64,000 nucleotides of DNA from an uncultured Candidatus Rokubacteria bacterium (GTDB lineage: Bacteria; Methylomirabilota; Methylomirabilia; Rokubacteriales; CSP1-6): assembly GCA_963758635.1 (NCBI GenBank), contig CAVWWD010000008.1, positions 96,001-160,000 on the forward strand, in the 5' to 3' direction. The notes beneath the pieces are model-generated. The model searched no databases. It had not been told where the DNA came from and was given only the letters and a program-made list of their open reading frames with translations. The position numbers were made by a program, and so were the translations under genes. Of the stretch, positions 20,689 to 29,817 are shown one piece after another; the stretch's first letter is position 1, and each line of letters opens with the position of its first letter.

Positions 20689-21178
20689 CCGCGTGAATCT
20701 CTGGAGCGACTCTACACCCCGAATATTCGAGCCGTTTGCGCGCCTCGCGGAAGCGTCGTAACTGGCCGAGGAATGATTTTCGGTGGCCCCGACCATCGCG
20801 ACGCCACGGCGCTCAAGGGCTGCACGCTGGCCGGCTATTGGCGAGCCGTCGGCGGTCAGCGGCGAAGGCGTGTTCAGAAGTCCGTCAAGCGAAAAGTTGA
20901 GACGATCCGGTTTCGAGGCTCGCCGGGTCGTCATCGTGGCCTGGGCGCCGCCAGGACCATCTCGTGACCCAAAACGGGATGGGTACGCGGCGCCCGCCTC
21001 CGTGATACGCAGGTCCGCATATCAAGGCCGAGGGACGAACGCCGGCCCCCGATAACCGCCGAGACCACGAGCGTAGGACCCGTCGAGCTCGCCAAAGACG
21101 CCGTGCTACACTGCGGCATCCGCAGTGGTTACCGGATACACAGGTGCTGCGTCGGAAGGATCCGTGGAGCGGTCCATT

Positions 21179-22186
21179 ATGCTCTACCTGTCGTCTCCTT
21201 CAGTGGAAGGACTTGGCACGTTGGAACCGCTTCCGTTTTTGGACGCAGCCGCTCTCCAGCGTACCGAGAAGGACCTCGAGAACCTTCTTGCTATCCACTT
21301 GCTGAACGTCCTATTTGAAGGTGCGCCCCTCCTGCCAGTCTTTCAGGAGCGCCAACTCCAGTCCGAAGCGGACATCTACGCGCTAAACCGGGACGGCGAC
21401 CTCGTCATTTTCGAGCTCAAACGCGGCGTCGCGGGGAGATGCGGTTCTGCAAGCTATCGGGTACACACAACGCGCGGGGCGATGGGTCTACTCAGAGCTC
21501 GACCGTCGATATCAGGGATACCTGCGAAAGCGTGGATTCAATCCTGTGCCGCTACGCGAGGCTCACAAGGACGCCTTCCAACTGGACAGTCCTCTAGAGA
21601 AGACAAGCTTCAATCGAGCGCGAGAATCTGATACGTCGTCGGCAATGCGGCGAATGAGGCGTTGATTGACGCGATCGACTACTGGAAGCTGCAAGGGCTG
21701 TCGGTAGAATTTTTGCCCTACCGTATCTATGACGTAGACGGCACTCGCTACTTCGAGTTCTTCTCTTTTCCTTACGATCGCCATAGAAATCCCTCCGCGG
21801 AGAAGGGTGTGCTGTTCGATAGCAACCGCTCTTATGATGAGGACGCCGTCTGGGAGATGATGGAGAGGTCCCGGGTAGCTGCCTACGGGGATAGCAAACA
21901 CGTCGTGGAGTACCTGAACCCCGGTGACACCGTGTTTTTTCTATCACAAGGGGGTCGGACTCGTTGCTGCGGGGGAGGTTCGTGGGCCTGTTCGACGAGA
22001 AGGAGAGGAAGAGCAGTACCGGGACGTGCGGTTTCTCACTCCCGTCCCGAATCGCCAAAGCGGTCTCACCCGGGCGATGCCACCTTCGGATATCACAAAG
22101 AGCTAAGGGCGCAACTTTTTCCGCGCACGAAGGTTCAAGGTCCCCATCTCGACCAAGCGGAGGCTCAGACGTTCTTCACCAAGTGA
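21179..22186 (+). CDS. NucS-like PD-(D/E)xK nuclease with C-terminal EVE/PUA-like domain (apparent frameshifts)
   Basis: EKDLE...ADIYAL...VIFELKRG, then LQAIGY in another frame; C-terminal LNPGDTVFFYHKGVGLVAAGEV; lower GC than the surrounding DNA. Confidence 0.65.
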
Positions 22187-22249
22187 GCAGGGTGCTGACG
22201 CCCGACACGTAGCCACGCGTGAAACACGGGCGCACCGCTTGCAGCGCAC

Positions 22250-22480
22250 CGGTTACGGCATGGCTGAAGGCGGCGGATAACTTCACGCGTGTTCGACAAG
22301 GACGAGAGTATCGGCCTTCTGGGCGACGCGGTAGGTGTCACTCTCGAGGTTGAGGCGCCAGAGAAGGAGGTGGGGCCGTTTCGGGCCGACATCCTCTGCA
22401 AGGAACACCGCCACCGGACACTGGGTGCTCATCGAGAACCAACTTGAACGCGTTGACCACACGGACATGGGCCAGTGGCG
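22250..22480 (+). pseudogene. DUF4268-type PD-(D/E)xK nuclease N-terminal remnant
   Basis: LLGDAVGVTLEVEAPEKEVGPFRADILCK / WVLIENQLERVDHTDMGQ; truncated. Confidence 0.65.
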
Positions 22481-22580
22481 GGGCGTCCTGCGCGACCTCA
22501 AGGCCTGAGGGCAGTATGGCGGTGCCGAGGCTGGGCGGCGCTGCGCGACCCTGCTACACTCCCGCGCGGGAGGACATGCC

Positions 22581-23468
22581 ATGACCATGCACGCGCCCGT
22601 GACCCAGCTCGAGATCGATCAGCGCGTCTACGACCTCTACGACGAGTACTGCCACGGCGGCATCGACCGGCGCGAGTTCCTGGCGCGCGCCGCCCTCGTG
22701 GTGGGCGGCCTCGCCATGGCGCAGGCCCTCCTGCCGCGCTACGCGGAGGCGCAGACCATCTCGTTCACGGACTCGCGGATCAAGGCGCAGTACGTGACGT
22801 ATCCCTCGCCCGGGGGCAACTCCGGCCAGATCCGCGGCTACCTCGTGCAGCCGGCGGGGGCGGGGCCGTTTCCCGCGGTGCTGGTGATCCACGAGAACCG
22901 CGGGCTCAACCCCTACATCGAGGACGTGGCGCGCCGCGCCGCCGCCGAGGGGTTCCTCGCGCTGGCGCCCGACGGCCTCTCCCCGCTGGGCGGCTATCCG
23001 GGCAACGACGACGAGGGCCGCGCGCTCCAGGCCACGCTCGACCAGCCCAAGCTACGCACCGACATGCTCAACGGCGCGCGCTTCGTGAAGACGCACAAGC
23101 TGTCCACGGGCAAGCTCGGCGTGACCGGCTTCTGCTGGGGCGGGGGCACGACCAACTTCCTCGCGGCCACCCTCGGCGCCGAGATGCAGGCGGGGGCGCC
23201 GTACTACGGGGCGGCCGCGGAGACCGCGGCGGTGCCGCGGATCAAGTCGCCGCTCCTGATCCACTACGCCGAGAACGACGAGCGGATCAACGCCATGTGG
23301 CCGGCGTTCGAGTCGGCGCTGAAGGCGGCGAGCGTGCCCTACGAGGCCCACTTCTATCCGGGCACCCAGCACGGCTTCCACAACAACTCGACGCCGCGAT
23401 ACAACGAGGCGGCGGCGCGGTCGTCCTGGGAGCGGACGGTGGCGTTCTTCAGGAAGCACCTCGCCTGA
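22581..23468 (+). CDS. Dienelactone hydrolase family protein (YghX-like, Tat-like leader)
   Basis: DEYCHGGIDRREFL, HENRGLNP, GFCWGG, HGFHN. Confidence 0.92.
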   Translation: MTMHAPVTQLEIDQRVYDLYDEYCHGGIDRREFLARAALVVGGLAMAQALLPRYAEAQTISFTDSRIKAQYVTYPSPGGNSGQIRGYLVQPAGAGPFPAVLVIHENRGLNPYIEDVARRAAAEGFLALAPDGLSPLGGYPGNDDEGRALQATLDQPKLRTDMLNGARFVKTHKLSTGKLGVTGFCWGGGTTNFLAATLGAEMQAGAPYYGAAAETAAVPRIKSPLLIHYAENDERINAMWPAFESALKAASVPYEAHFYPGTQHGFHNNSTPRYNEAAARSSWERTVAFFRKHLA

Positions 23469-23507
23469 CCGGGGCGAGCGCTCGGGCGGGCGCCGCTGGC
23501 GGCGAGG

Positions 23508-23960
23508 CTACGCTCGCCGCCAGTGCACCAGGGTGAACGGGGGCTTGGCGTCGTCGTGCGCCTCGAAGACGGCCTCGACCGCGCTGCCGATGACCACGGG
23601 CTCCTGCGGGTCACCGACGAGGTTGCCGATCATCCGTACGTTGTCGGCGTCGGGCAGCTCCACGAGCACGGCCACGTAGGGGCCGGCGTCCTTGAGCGCG
23701 GGGTGCACGGGGTGCCACACGCGCTCCCAGCTGTAGATGCGGCCGTGGCCGGCGACGCGCTCCCACCCCAGGTCGAACGAAAGGCAGCGATGGCAGATCC
23801 ATTCCGGGCCCCACTGCCAGCCGCGGCACCCCCGGCAGCGCTGGATCACGAGCTCGCCGCGGCGCGCCCCTTCCCAGTACGGCGCGCTGAGCCCGTCCGC
23901 CTCCGGGACCGGGGCGGGGAGGCCCTCGGGCAGGCAGTAACGCCCGGCCGCCGCGCTCAC
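23508..23960 (-). CDS. Zn-ribbon/OB-fold protein (DUF35)
   Basis: QRCRGC...ICHRC, GRIYSW, PYVAVLVEL; overlaps the thiolase-like gene stop. Confidence 0.88.
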   Translation of the reverse strand: MSAAAGRYCLPEGLPAPVPEADGLSAPYWEGARRGELVIQRCRGCRGWQWGPEWICHRCLSFDLGWERVAGHGRIYSWERVWHPVHPALKDAGPYVAVLVELPDADNVRMIGNLVGDPQEPVVIGSAVEAVFEAHDDAKPPFTLVHWRRA

Positions 23961-25139
23961 AGGGTGGCCTCCGAGCCCAGGATGAGGCTCGAGACCGGCG
24001 TGACCATCGGGCCGGAGATCACCATCGACACGTCCGCGTCGGGGACCTGGCTGGTCGACTCGCCGCGGATCTGCCGGACCGCCTCGAGCTGCAGCTCGAG
24101 GCCGTGCATGTAGCACTCGGCCAGGTTGCCGCCGCTCGTGTTGAGCGGCATGCGACCCTTCGGCGCGAGCAGGTTGTCGAGCTTCAGGAACTCGTTGGCC
24201 GCCTCGCCGGGGAAGAAGTCGTGCTCGACCAGGCTCATGAGCACGCCGCCGGTGAAGTTCTCGTAGCTCTGCACCACGTCCACGTCCTTCGGGCCGAGCC
24301 CGGCCATGGCGTAGAGGCGCGGCGCCACCGTGGTGAAGCTCGACGTGCCGTAGAGCGGCGCGTTGTGGCTCGGCGCGCCGTTCCGGTACTCGGATCCCTG
24401 GGCCACGCCCAGGAGGTAGGCGGCGCGGCCGGGGAAGGTCCCGCGCGCGCTCCGCGGACATCAGGACCAGCGCGGCGGCGCCGTCGTTCTCCATGCAGCA
24501 GTCGTAGAGGCGGAACGGCTCCACGATCCAGCGCGAGGCGTCGTACGCCTCCTCGGTCAGCGGTCGGCCATGCATGACGGCGCGCGGGTTGGACTGCGCG
24601 TGGTGGTAGGACGCCATGGCAATGGCCCGGAGCGCCTCGCGGCCCACGTTGTGCTCGTGCATGAAGCGCATCGCGCGCATCGCGTAGCGCTGGCCGGGCG
24701 ACATGACGCCGTAGGGCGTGGTGAACGCGGCGTCGCCCGACACCGTGGCCACCCGCGGTCCCTGCCCAAAGCGCGCGAACTGGCCCTGGGCGAGCGCGCG
24801 GAACACCACGACGCAGTCGGCGAAGCCGGCCGCCACCGCGGCGGCCGCGTTGCCCACCGCGCCCGCGCCGCCCCCACCCCCGCCGCCCCACTGCATGTTG
24901 GAGAACTTGAGGTCGGGCAGGCCGAGGGCGGCGGCCAGGCGCGACGGCTCGTTCCGGTCGTTGCTGTACGACGCGAAGCCGTCGATCTGGCGCGGATCGA
25001 TGCCCGCGTCCTCGCAGGCGCGCAGGATGGCCATGAGCGCCAGCTTGAACTCGGGCTCCGGAGCCTTGCCGTGCTTGTAGTACGTCGTCTCGCCGATGCC
25101 CGCGATGATGACCTTGCCGCGAATGGTTCTGGCGCTCAT
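23957..25139 (-). CDS. Thiolase-like (SCP-x/Ltp2-type) protein (apparent frameshift)
   Basis: IAGIGET, YDCCMENDG, NTSGGNLAECYMHG, EAVRQIRG. Confidence 0.88.
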
Positions 25140-25197
25140 GGCCCCGGATGATAGACGACGGGCGGGGACCGCGCCAGCCCGCGGGCCCCGGCCGCGC

Positions 25198-25617
25198 TCA
25201 GGGCTGGTCGGTGAGACGCGTTCGGATGGCGGTGACGAACGCCAGGAGATCGGTGAGCCGATGCTCCACGATGTCCTTCGCGATCTCGAGGTTCACGCGG
25301 CCGTAGCCATGGACGACGACGTTCCGGAACCCGGCCATTCGCTCCATCGTCCCGGCCAGGTCGGCCGGGAGCCATCCGGGCCGGATGAGGCGATCGAACA
25401 GCTCCCGGTTGGTCTCCGGCTCCCCCAGGCGTTCGTCCGACACGATATGCGATGCCACGTCGAGGGCCGCCTGGATGGCGATCTGGAGCGTGTGGAGCAC
25501 GAATCGAGCTTCCCGGACGTCACGGAGGATCTCGGCCGGGCGCGCCAGCGTCCGCAGTTCCTGGACGCACGTCTCGATGAAGGCGAGTTTCTGGGCGAGG
25601 AGGTCGGCGTCGGTCAC
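25198..25617 (-). CDS. hepT: HepT/DUF86 HEPN RNase toxin
   Basis: FRNVVVHGY (RxxxxHxY motif); LQIAIQAALDVA. Confidence 0.88.
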   Translation of the reverse strand: MTDADLLAQKLAFIETCVQELRTLARPAEILRDVREARFVLHTLQIAIQAALDVASHIVSDERLGEPETNRELFDRLIRPGWLPADLAGTMERMAGFRNVVVHGYGRVNLEIAKDIVEHRLTDLLAFVTAIRTRLTDQP

Positions 25618-26019
25618 GACGCCGGGAACGGTCGGCGCCGATACAGGGCGAGGATGGGCTGCAGATCGAAGAACTCGTTGCGCGCCCGCACCTCGAAACG
25701 GATGCGGGCGCTGGGGTCGCGGTCCAGCAACAGCACGCCGTCCCGCAGCACGCGTGTGGACCAGGTCCGCCGGCGCCGTATTCAGGACGATAACTTGAGC
25801 GGGGCGGCCCACCAATCGGCTGATCCGATTTTCGAGATCGAGCGGCAAGCTTTCGAGGATGGCAGGAGGAGCCACCGTGTAGAGAATGGCCACGTCGACG
25901 TTGCTCCGAGGGCCCGCCGTCCCCCGCGCGACGGAGCCGAAGAGGTAGGCGGCGACGATCCCGGCCGGTTCGGCCGCGACGACCTCTCTGAGCGCCTGCT
26001 CGACGGCGGCAGTCGCCAT
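25614..26019 (-). CDS. mntA: MntA-like minimal nucleotidyltransferase antitoxin (apparent frameshift)
   Basis: AYLFGSVARGTAGPRSNVDVA; coupled to the HEPN gene. Confidence 0.85.
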
Positions 26020-26130
26020 GCCGAGATCATATCCTGGCCAGGGCGGCGCAAGTAGCTGGCTCGATCGGCCCAGTTCCGAAGGGAGGATAGATGACGGCCG
26101 TGGGGTGGGGCAAGGGCACGGCCGAACTTG

Positions 26131-26156
26131 ATTAGCTAAATCTCCTTAGCTAGCAT
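26131..26156 (+). promoter_or_regulatory. Putative TA operator and -10 box
   Basis: TTAGCTA repeated (attagctaaatctccttagctagcat); TAGCAT lies 7 nt before ATG 26164. Confidence 0.5.
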
Positions 26157-26163
26157 GGCCGCC

Positions 26164-26397
26164 ATGAAGCCCATCACCGTTCATGCGGCGAAGACAAATC
26201 TCTCCCGGCTCATCGAGCGGGCCTGCGCCGGCGAGGAGGTGATCATCGCCCGAGGGAAGACGCCGGTCGTCCGTCTGGTGCCGGTGAAGGCGCCGCGGCC
26301 GCGCCGTCGCTTCGGCGCGATGCGAGGGCGCGCGCGGACGACGCGGGCCTTCTTCGCCCCACTCCCTCCCGCCGAGCTGGCGGCCTGGGAGCGATGA
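26164..26397 (+). CDS. Phd/YefM-family antitoxin
   Basis: ITVHAAKTNLSRLIE...GEEVIIAR.KTPVVRLVP. Confidence 0.92.
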   Translation: MKPITVHAAKTNLSRLIERACAGEEVIIARGKTPVVRLVPVKAPRPRRRFGAMRGRARTTRAFFAPLPPAELAAWER

Positions 26398-26398
26398 T

Positions 26399-26785
26399 GT
26401 GCGCCTTCTCCTGGACACCCATGCGTTCCTCTGGTGGCTGGACGGTGATCGGCGGCTCCCCGCCCGCGCGCGGGTGGCGATCGGGGCCCCGGGCAACGAA
26501 GTCTTCGTGAGCGCGGCGTCCGTGTGGGAGATCACCACGAAAGCCCGCCTCGGCCGGCTCCCGGGCGCGCTGGAGGTCGCTGCCGACGTGCCCGCCGCCA
26601 TCCTCGGTCAAGGGTTCGTCGGCCTGCCGACCACGGTGCTCCATGCTCAGCGCGCGGGCACGCTGGGTGGCGAGCCTCGGGATCCCTTCGATCGCATGCT
26701 GATAGCCCAGGCACAGTCGGAGGGTGTTTCCCTGGTGAGCAACGAGCGGGTGTTCGATGCCCACGGTGTGACACGCCTGTGGTGA
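26399..26785 (+). CDS. vapC: VapC/PIN-domain toxin
   Basis: LLLDTHAFLWW, SVWEI, DPFDRMLIAQA. Confidence 0.93.
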   Translation: MRLLLDTHAFLWWLDGDRRLPARARVAIGAPGNEVFVSAASVWEITTKARLGRLPGALEVAADVPAAILGQGFVGLPTTVLHAQRAGTLGGEPRDPFDRMLIAQAQSEGVSLVSNERVFDAHGVTRLW

Positions 26786-26928
26786 GTGGCGCCCGGCTCG
26801 GGACGCGGCCCTCCGGGCCCAAGACGGCCGACGCCGGCTCTCGAGCCGGCCAAGTGGCCTGTTCCCTGGAACGCGTTCGGGAGTAATCTGGTCGGGCGTA
26901 CCCCAGGCCGCTGAACAAGGAGGCATCC

Positions 26929-28527
26929 ATGCGTGGCGTCGTCGTGTGTCCCCAGCCCCTCGCCGCCGAGATCGGCGCCGGCATCCTCGAGGCCGGCGGC
27001 AATGCCTTCGACGCCGCCATCGCGACGGCGTTCGCCCAGACCGTGACCGATCCGCAGATGTGCGGGCTCGGCGGCTTCGGCGCCGCCACCTGCGCGGCGG
27101 GCGGTCGCGCCTGGCATGTGGCCTTCCACGCGCGCATGGGCAGCCGCGCCACCCCGGACATGTGGGCGGCGGACTGCCGCGGCAAGCTCGAGCTGGGCGG
27201 CTACGTGCAGTTCGACGACCACCGCGCAAACCTCGGTCACCGATCGGTGTGCACGCCGGGGACGGTGGCGGGCCTCGCCGCGCTGCACCGGCACGCGCGG
27301 CTGCCGTGGAAGGACCTGCTCCAGCCCGCCGCCGACCTCGCGCGGCGGGGATTCGCCGCGCCGAACTACATGTTCGAGCTGCTGGTGGGGCTAGCCACGC
27401 CGGGCATGCCGAGCGCGGTCGAGCGCGTCAGCTACACGAAGGACTCGGCCGCGCTCTGGTGCCGGCCCGACGGCTCGATCAAGCAGCCCGGCGACCTCGT
27501 GTCGAGCGGCGATGCCGCGGCCACGCTCGAACGCCTGGGGCGCGTGGGCGCGCGCGACTTCTACGAGGGCGAGCTGGCCGAGGCCATCGGCGCCGAGCTC
27601 GAGCGCGGCGGCGGCTACGTCACGCGCGAGGACCTGCGGGGATACCGTGTCCGCGAGGGCGATCCCGTGATCGGGCGCTTCCGCGGGCGTCGCGTCGTCT
27701 CCAGCACGCCGCCGGGCGGGGGCATCACGATGATCCAGATGCTCCACATCCTGGATCGGTTCCCCGCCGGCACGCCGTACGCCCCCGAGACCTACGTCCT
27801 TCACGCGCAAGCCATGCGCGAGGCCTTCGCCGAGCGCGCGCGCTCGATGGGCGATCCCGAGTTCGTGTCCGTGCCCGCCGGCGAGCTCCTCGGCGCGGGC
27901 TGGGCCGACGCGGCCGCCGATCGCATCCGTGGCCGCCGCGCGCCCGCCCCCGTCGAGGTGGGCGGAGGCGTGGGCACCACGCACCTCTCCGCGTGCGATG
28001 CCGAGGGCAACGTGGTGGCGCTCACCCACACGCTCGGCATGTTCTCGGGCGTGATCGTGCCCGGCACCGGCATCCCGCTGAACTCCGCGATGGACAACGT
28101 GGACCCGTACCCGGGACGGCCCAACTCCATCGCGCCGGGGAAGGCGCGCCTGTCCTCGATGTCGCCCACGATCGTCTTCGACGGAGACCAGCCGTGCCTG
28201 GTGAACGGCTCGCCCGGGACGAACGCGATCGCCACCAGCGTGTTCCAGGTCATCGCCAACACGATCGACCTCGAGATGAGCCCGGCCGAGGCGGTGGCCG
28301 CGCCGCGCGTGCACTGCGAGGGCGGGCCCGTGTTCGTGGAGGGCCGCATCAGCGCAGCCACCGAGGCGGCCCTCGTCGGGGCGGACTTCGACGTGCGGCG
28401 GATGCCCGGCAACTACCTGGCGAAGTTCGGGCGGAACCAGCTCATCGCGATCGACGCGGACGGCCGGTTCACGGGCGCCTCCGACCCGCGCCGCGACGGC
28501 GGTGTCTCGGCGTACAGCCGGCGGTGA
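26929..28527 (+). CDS. ggt: Gamma-glutamyltransferase family protein
   Basis: GGNAFDAAIA, GTTHLS autoprocessing Thr, LSSMSPT, SDPRRDG. Confidence 0.9.
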   Translation: MRGVVVCPQPLAAEIGAGILEAGGNAFDAAIATAFAQTVTDPQMCGLGGFGAATCAAGGRAWHVAFHARMGSRATPDMWAADCRGKLELGGYVQFDDHRANLGHRSVCTPGTVAGLAALHRHARLPWKDLLQPAADLARRGFAAPNYMFELLVGLATPGMPSAVERVSYTKDSAALWCRPDGSIKQPGDLVSSGDAAATLERLGRVGARDFYEGELAEAIGAELERGGGYVTREDLRGYRVREGDPVIGRFRGRRVVSSTPPGGGITMIQMLHILDRFPAGTPYAPETYVLHAQAMREAFAERARSMGDPEFVSVPAGELLGAGWADAAADRIRGRRAPAPVEVGGGVGTTHLSACDAEGNVVALTHTLGMFSGVIVPGTGIPLNSAMDNVDPYPGRPNSIAPGKARLSSMSPTIVFDGDQPCLVNGSPGTNAIATSVFQVIANTIDLEMSPAEAVAAPRVHCEGGPVFVEGRISAATEAALVGADFDVRRMPGNYLAKFGRNQLIAIDADGRFTGASDPRRDGGVSAYSRR

Positions 28528-28552
28528 TGTCGGCCGGTGAGGTAGGGCAACC

Positions 28553-28591
28553 GACCCTCACCCCGGCCCTCTCCCTGGGAGGGAGAGGGGG
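28553..28591. repeat. REP-like palindrome
   Basis: gaccctcaccccggccctctccctgggagggagaggg, identical to 47430-47466. Confidence 0.85.
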
Positions 28592-28614
28592 ATGAGAAGG
28601 AAGGGACCACCAGC

Positions 28615-29727
28615 ATGAACTTCGATTTCTCGACGGATCAGAAGGCGCTCCGTGACCAGGCGCGGAAGTTCCTGGGCGAGCATGCCTCGTCGACGCGCGT
28701 GCGCCGCATCCTCGACACCGAGGCGCCATACGACCACGAGCTGTGGAAGGGCATGGCCGAGATGGGCTGGATGGGCACGGCCATCCCCGAGAGCGCGGGC
28801 GGCGCCGGCTTCGGCCACCTCGAGCTGTGCGTGCTCGCCGAGGAGCTCGGGCGGAGCCTCGCGCCCACGCCGTTCTCGTCCACGATCTACCTGGCCGCCG
28901 AGGCGCTGCTCCTGGCCGGGTCCGACGCGCAGAAGCGGCAGTGGCTGCCGCGCATCGCGCAGGGCGGGGCCATCGGCTGCTTCGCCCTCGCCGAGGGCCC
29001 GCGCCCGCCGACCCCGGACAACCTGTCGGCGCGCGTCGCGAAGGGGAAGCTCACGGGCACCAAGGCGCCGGTGCTGGACGGGGACGTGGCGGACTTCGCG
29101 GTGGTGGCGGCGCGCGACGACGACGGCGCCCTGTCGCTGTGCCTGGTCGACCTCGGCGGGCCGGGCATCACGCGCGGCACGCTCAAGACGGTGGACCCGA
29201 CCCGTTCCGTGGCCCAGCTCAAGTTCACCGACACGCCCGCCGAGCCGCTGGGGCCGGCGGGCGGCGGCGCCGCGCTGATGGAGCGGCTGCTGGACCGGGC
29301 CGCCGTCCTCGTGGCGTTCGAGCAGGTCGGCGGCGCCCAGGCCGCGCTCGACATGGCGCGCGAGTACGCCGTGGGGCGCTTCGCCTTCGGCCGGCCCGTC
29401 GCGTCGTTCCAGGCGATCAAGCACAAGCTGGCCGACATGTACGTGGCGGTGGAGCTGGCGCGGTCGAACGCGTACTACGGCGCGTGGGCGCTTCACACCG
29501 ACGCGCCCGAGCTGCCGGTGGCCGCGGCGGCCGCCCGCGTGAGCGCCACCGAGGCGTACTTCCACGCCGCCAAGGAGAACATCCAGACGCACGGCGGCAT
29601 GGGCTTCACCTGGGAGTTCGACTGCCACCTCTACTACCGGCGGGCCAAGCTCCTGGCCCTGACGCTCGGCAGCGCCCGACGGTGGAAGGATCTCCTCATC
29701 ACGCGGCTCGAGGCCCGAGGCCAATGA
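28615..29727 (+). CDS. Acyl-CoA dehydrogenase, partner subunit (paralog of 10506-11621)
   Basis: MNFDFSTDQ, FQAIKHKL, IQTHGGMGFTWE. Confidence 0.93.
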   Translation: MNFDFSTDQKALRDQARKFLGEHASSTRVRRILDTEAPYDHELWKGMAEMGWMGTAIPESAGGAGFGHLELCVLAEELGRSLAPTPFSSTIYLAAEALLLAGSDAQKRQWLPRIAQGGAIGCFALAEGPRPPTPDNLSARVAKGKLTGTKAPVLDGDVADFAVVAARDDDGALSLCLVDLGGPGITRGTLKTVDPTRSVAQLKFTDTPAEPLGPAGGGAALMERLLDRAAVLVAFEQVGGAQAALDMAREYAVGRFAFGRPVASFQAIKHKLADMYVAVELARSNAYYGAWALHTDAPELPVAAAAARVSATEAYFHAAKENIQTHGGMGFTWEFDCHLYYRRAKLLALTLGSARRWKDLLITRLEARGQ

Positions 29728-29817
29728 CCCTCGCAGGGTACGGTAACCGCCACGGGCCCCTATAGTCCTACCGCTCGGCATGAGTCTGATGCGCTGAGGC
29801 TCACTAGGAGGACACCG

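Noticed and set aside
19254..22550. Possible direct repeats (ctgggcg...ctgcgcga) flanking the nuclease islet
   Set aside because: Only about 15 of 18 nt in very GC-rich sequence; could easily be chance.
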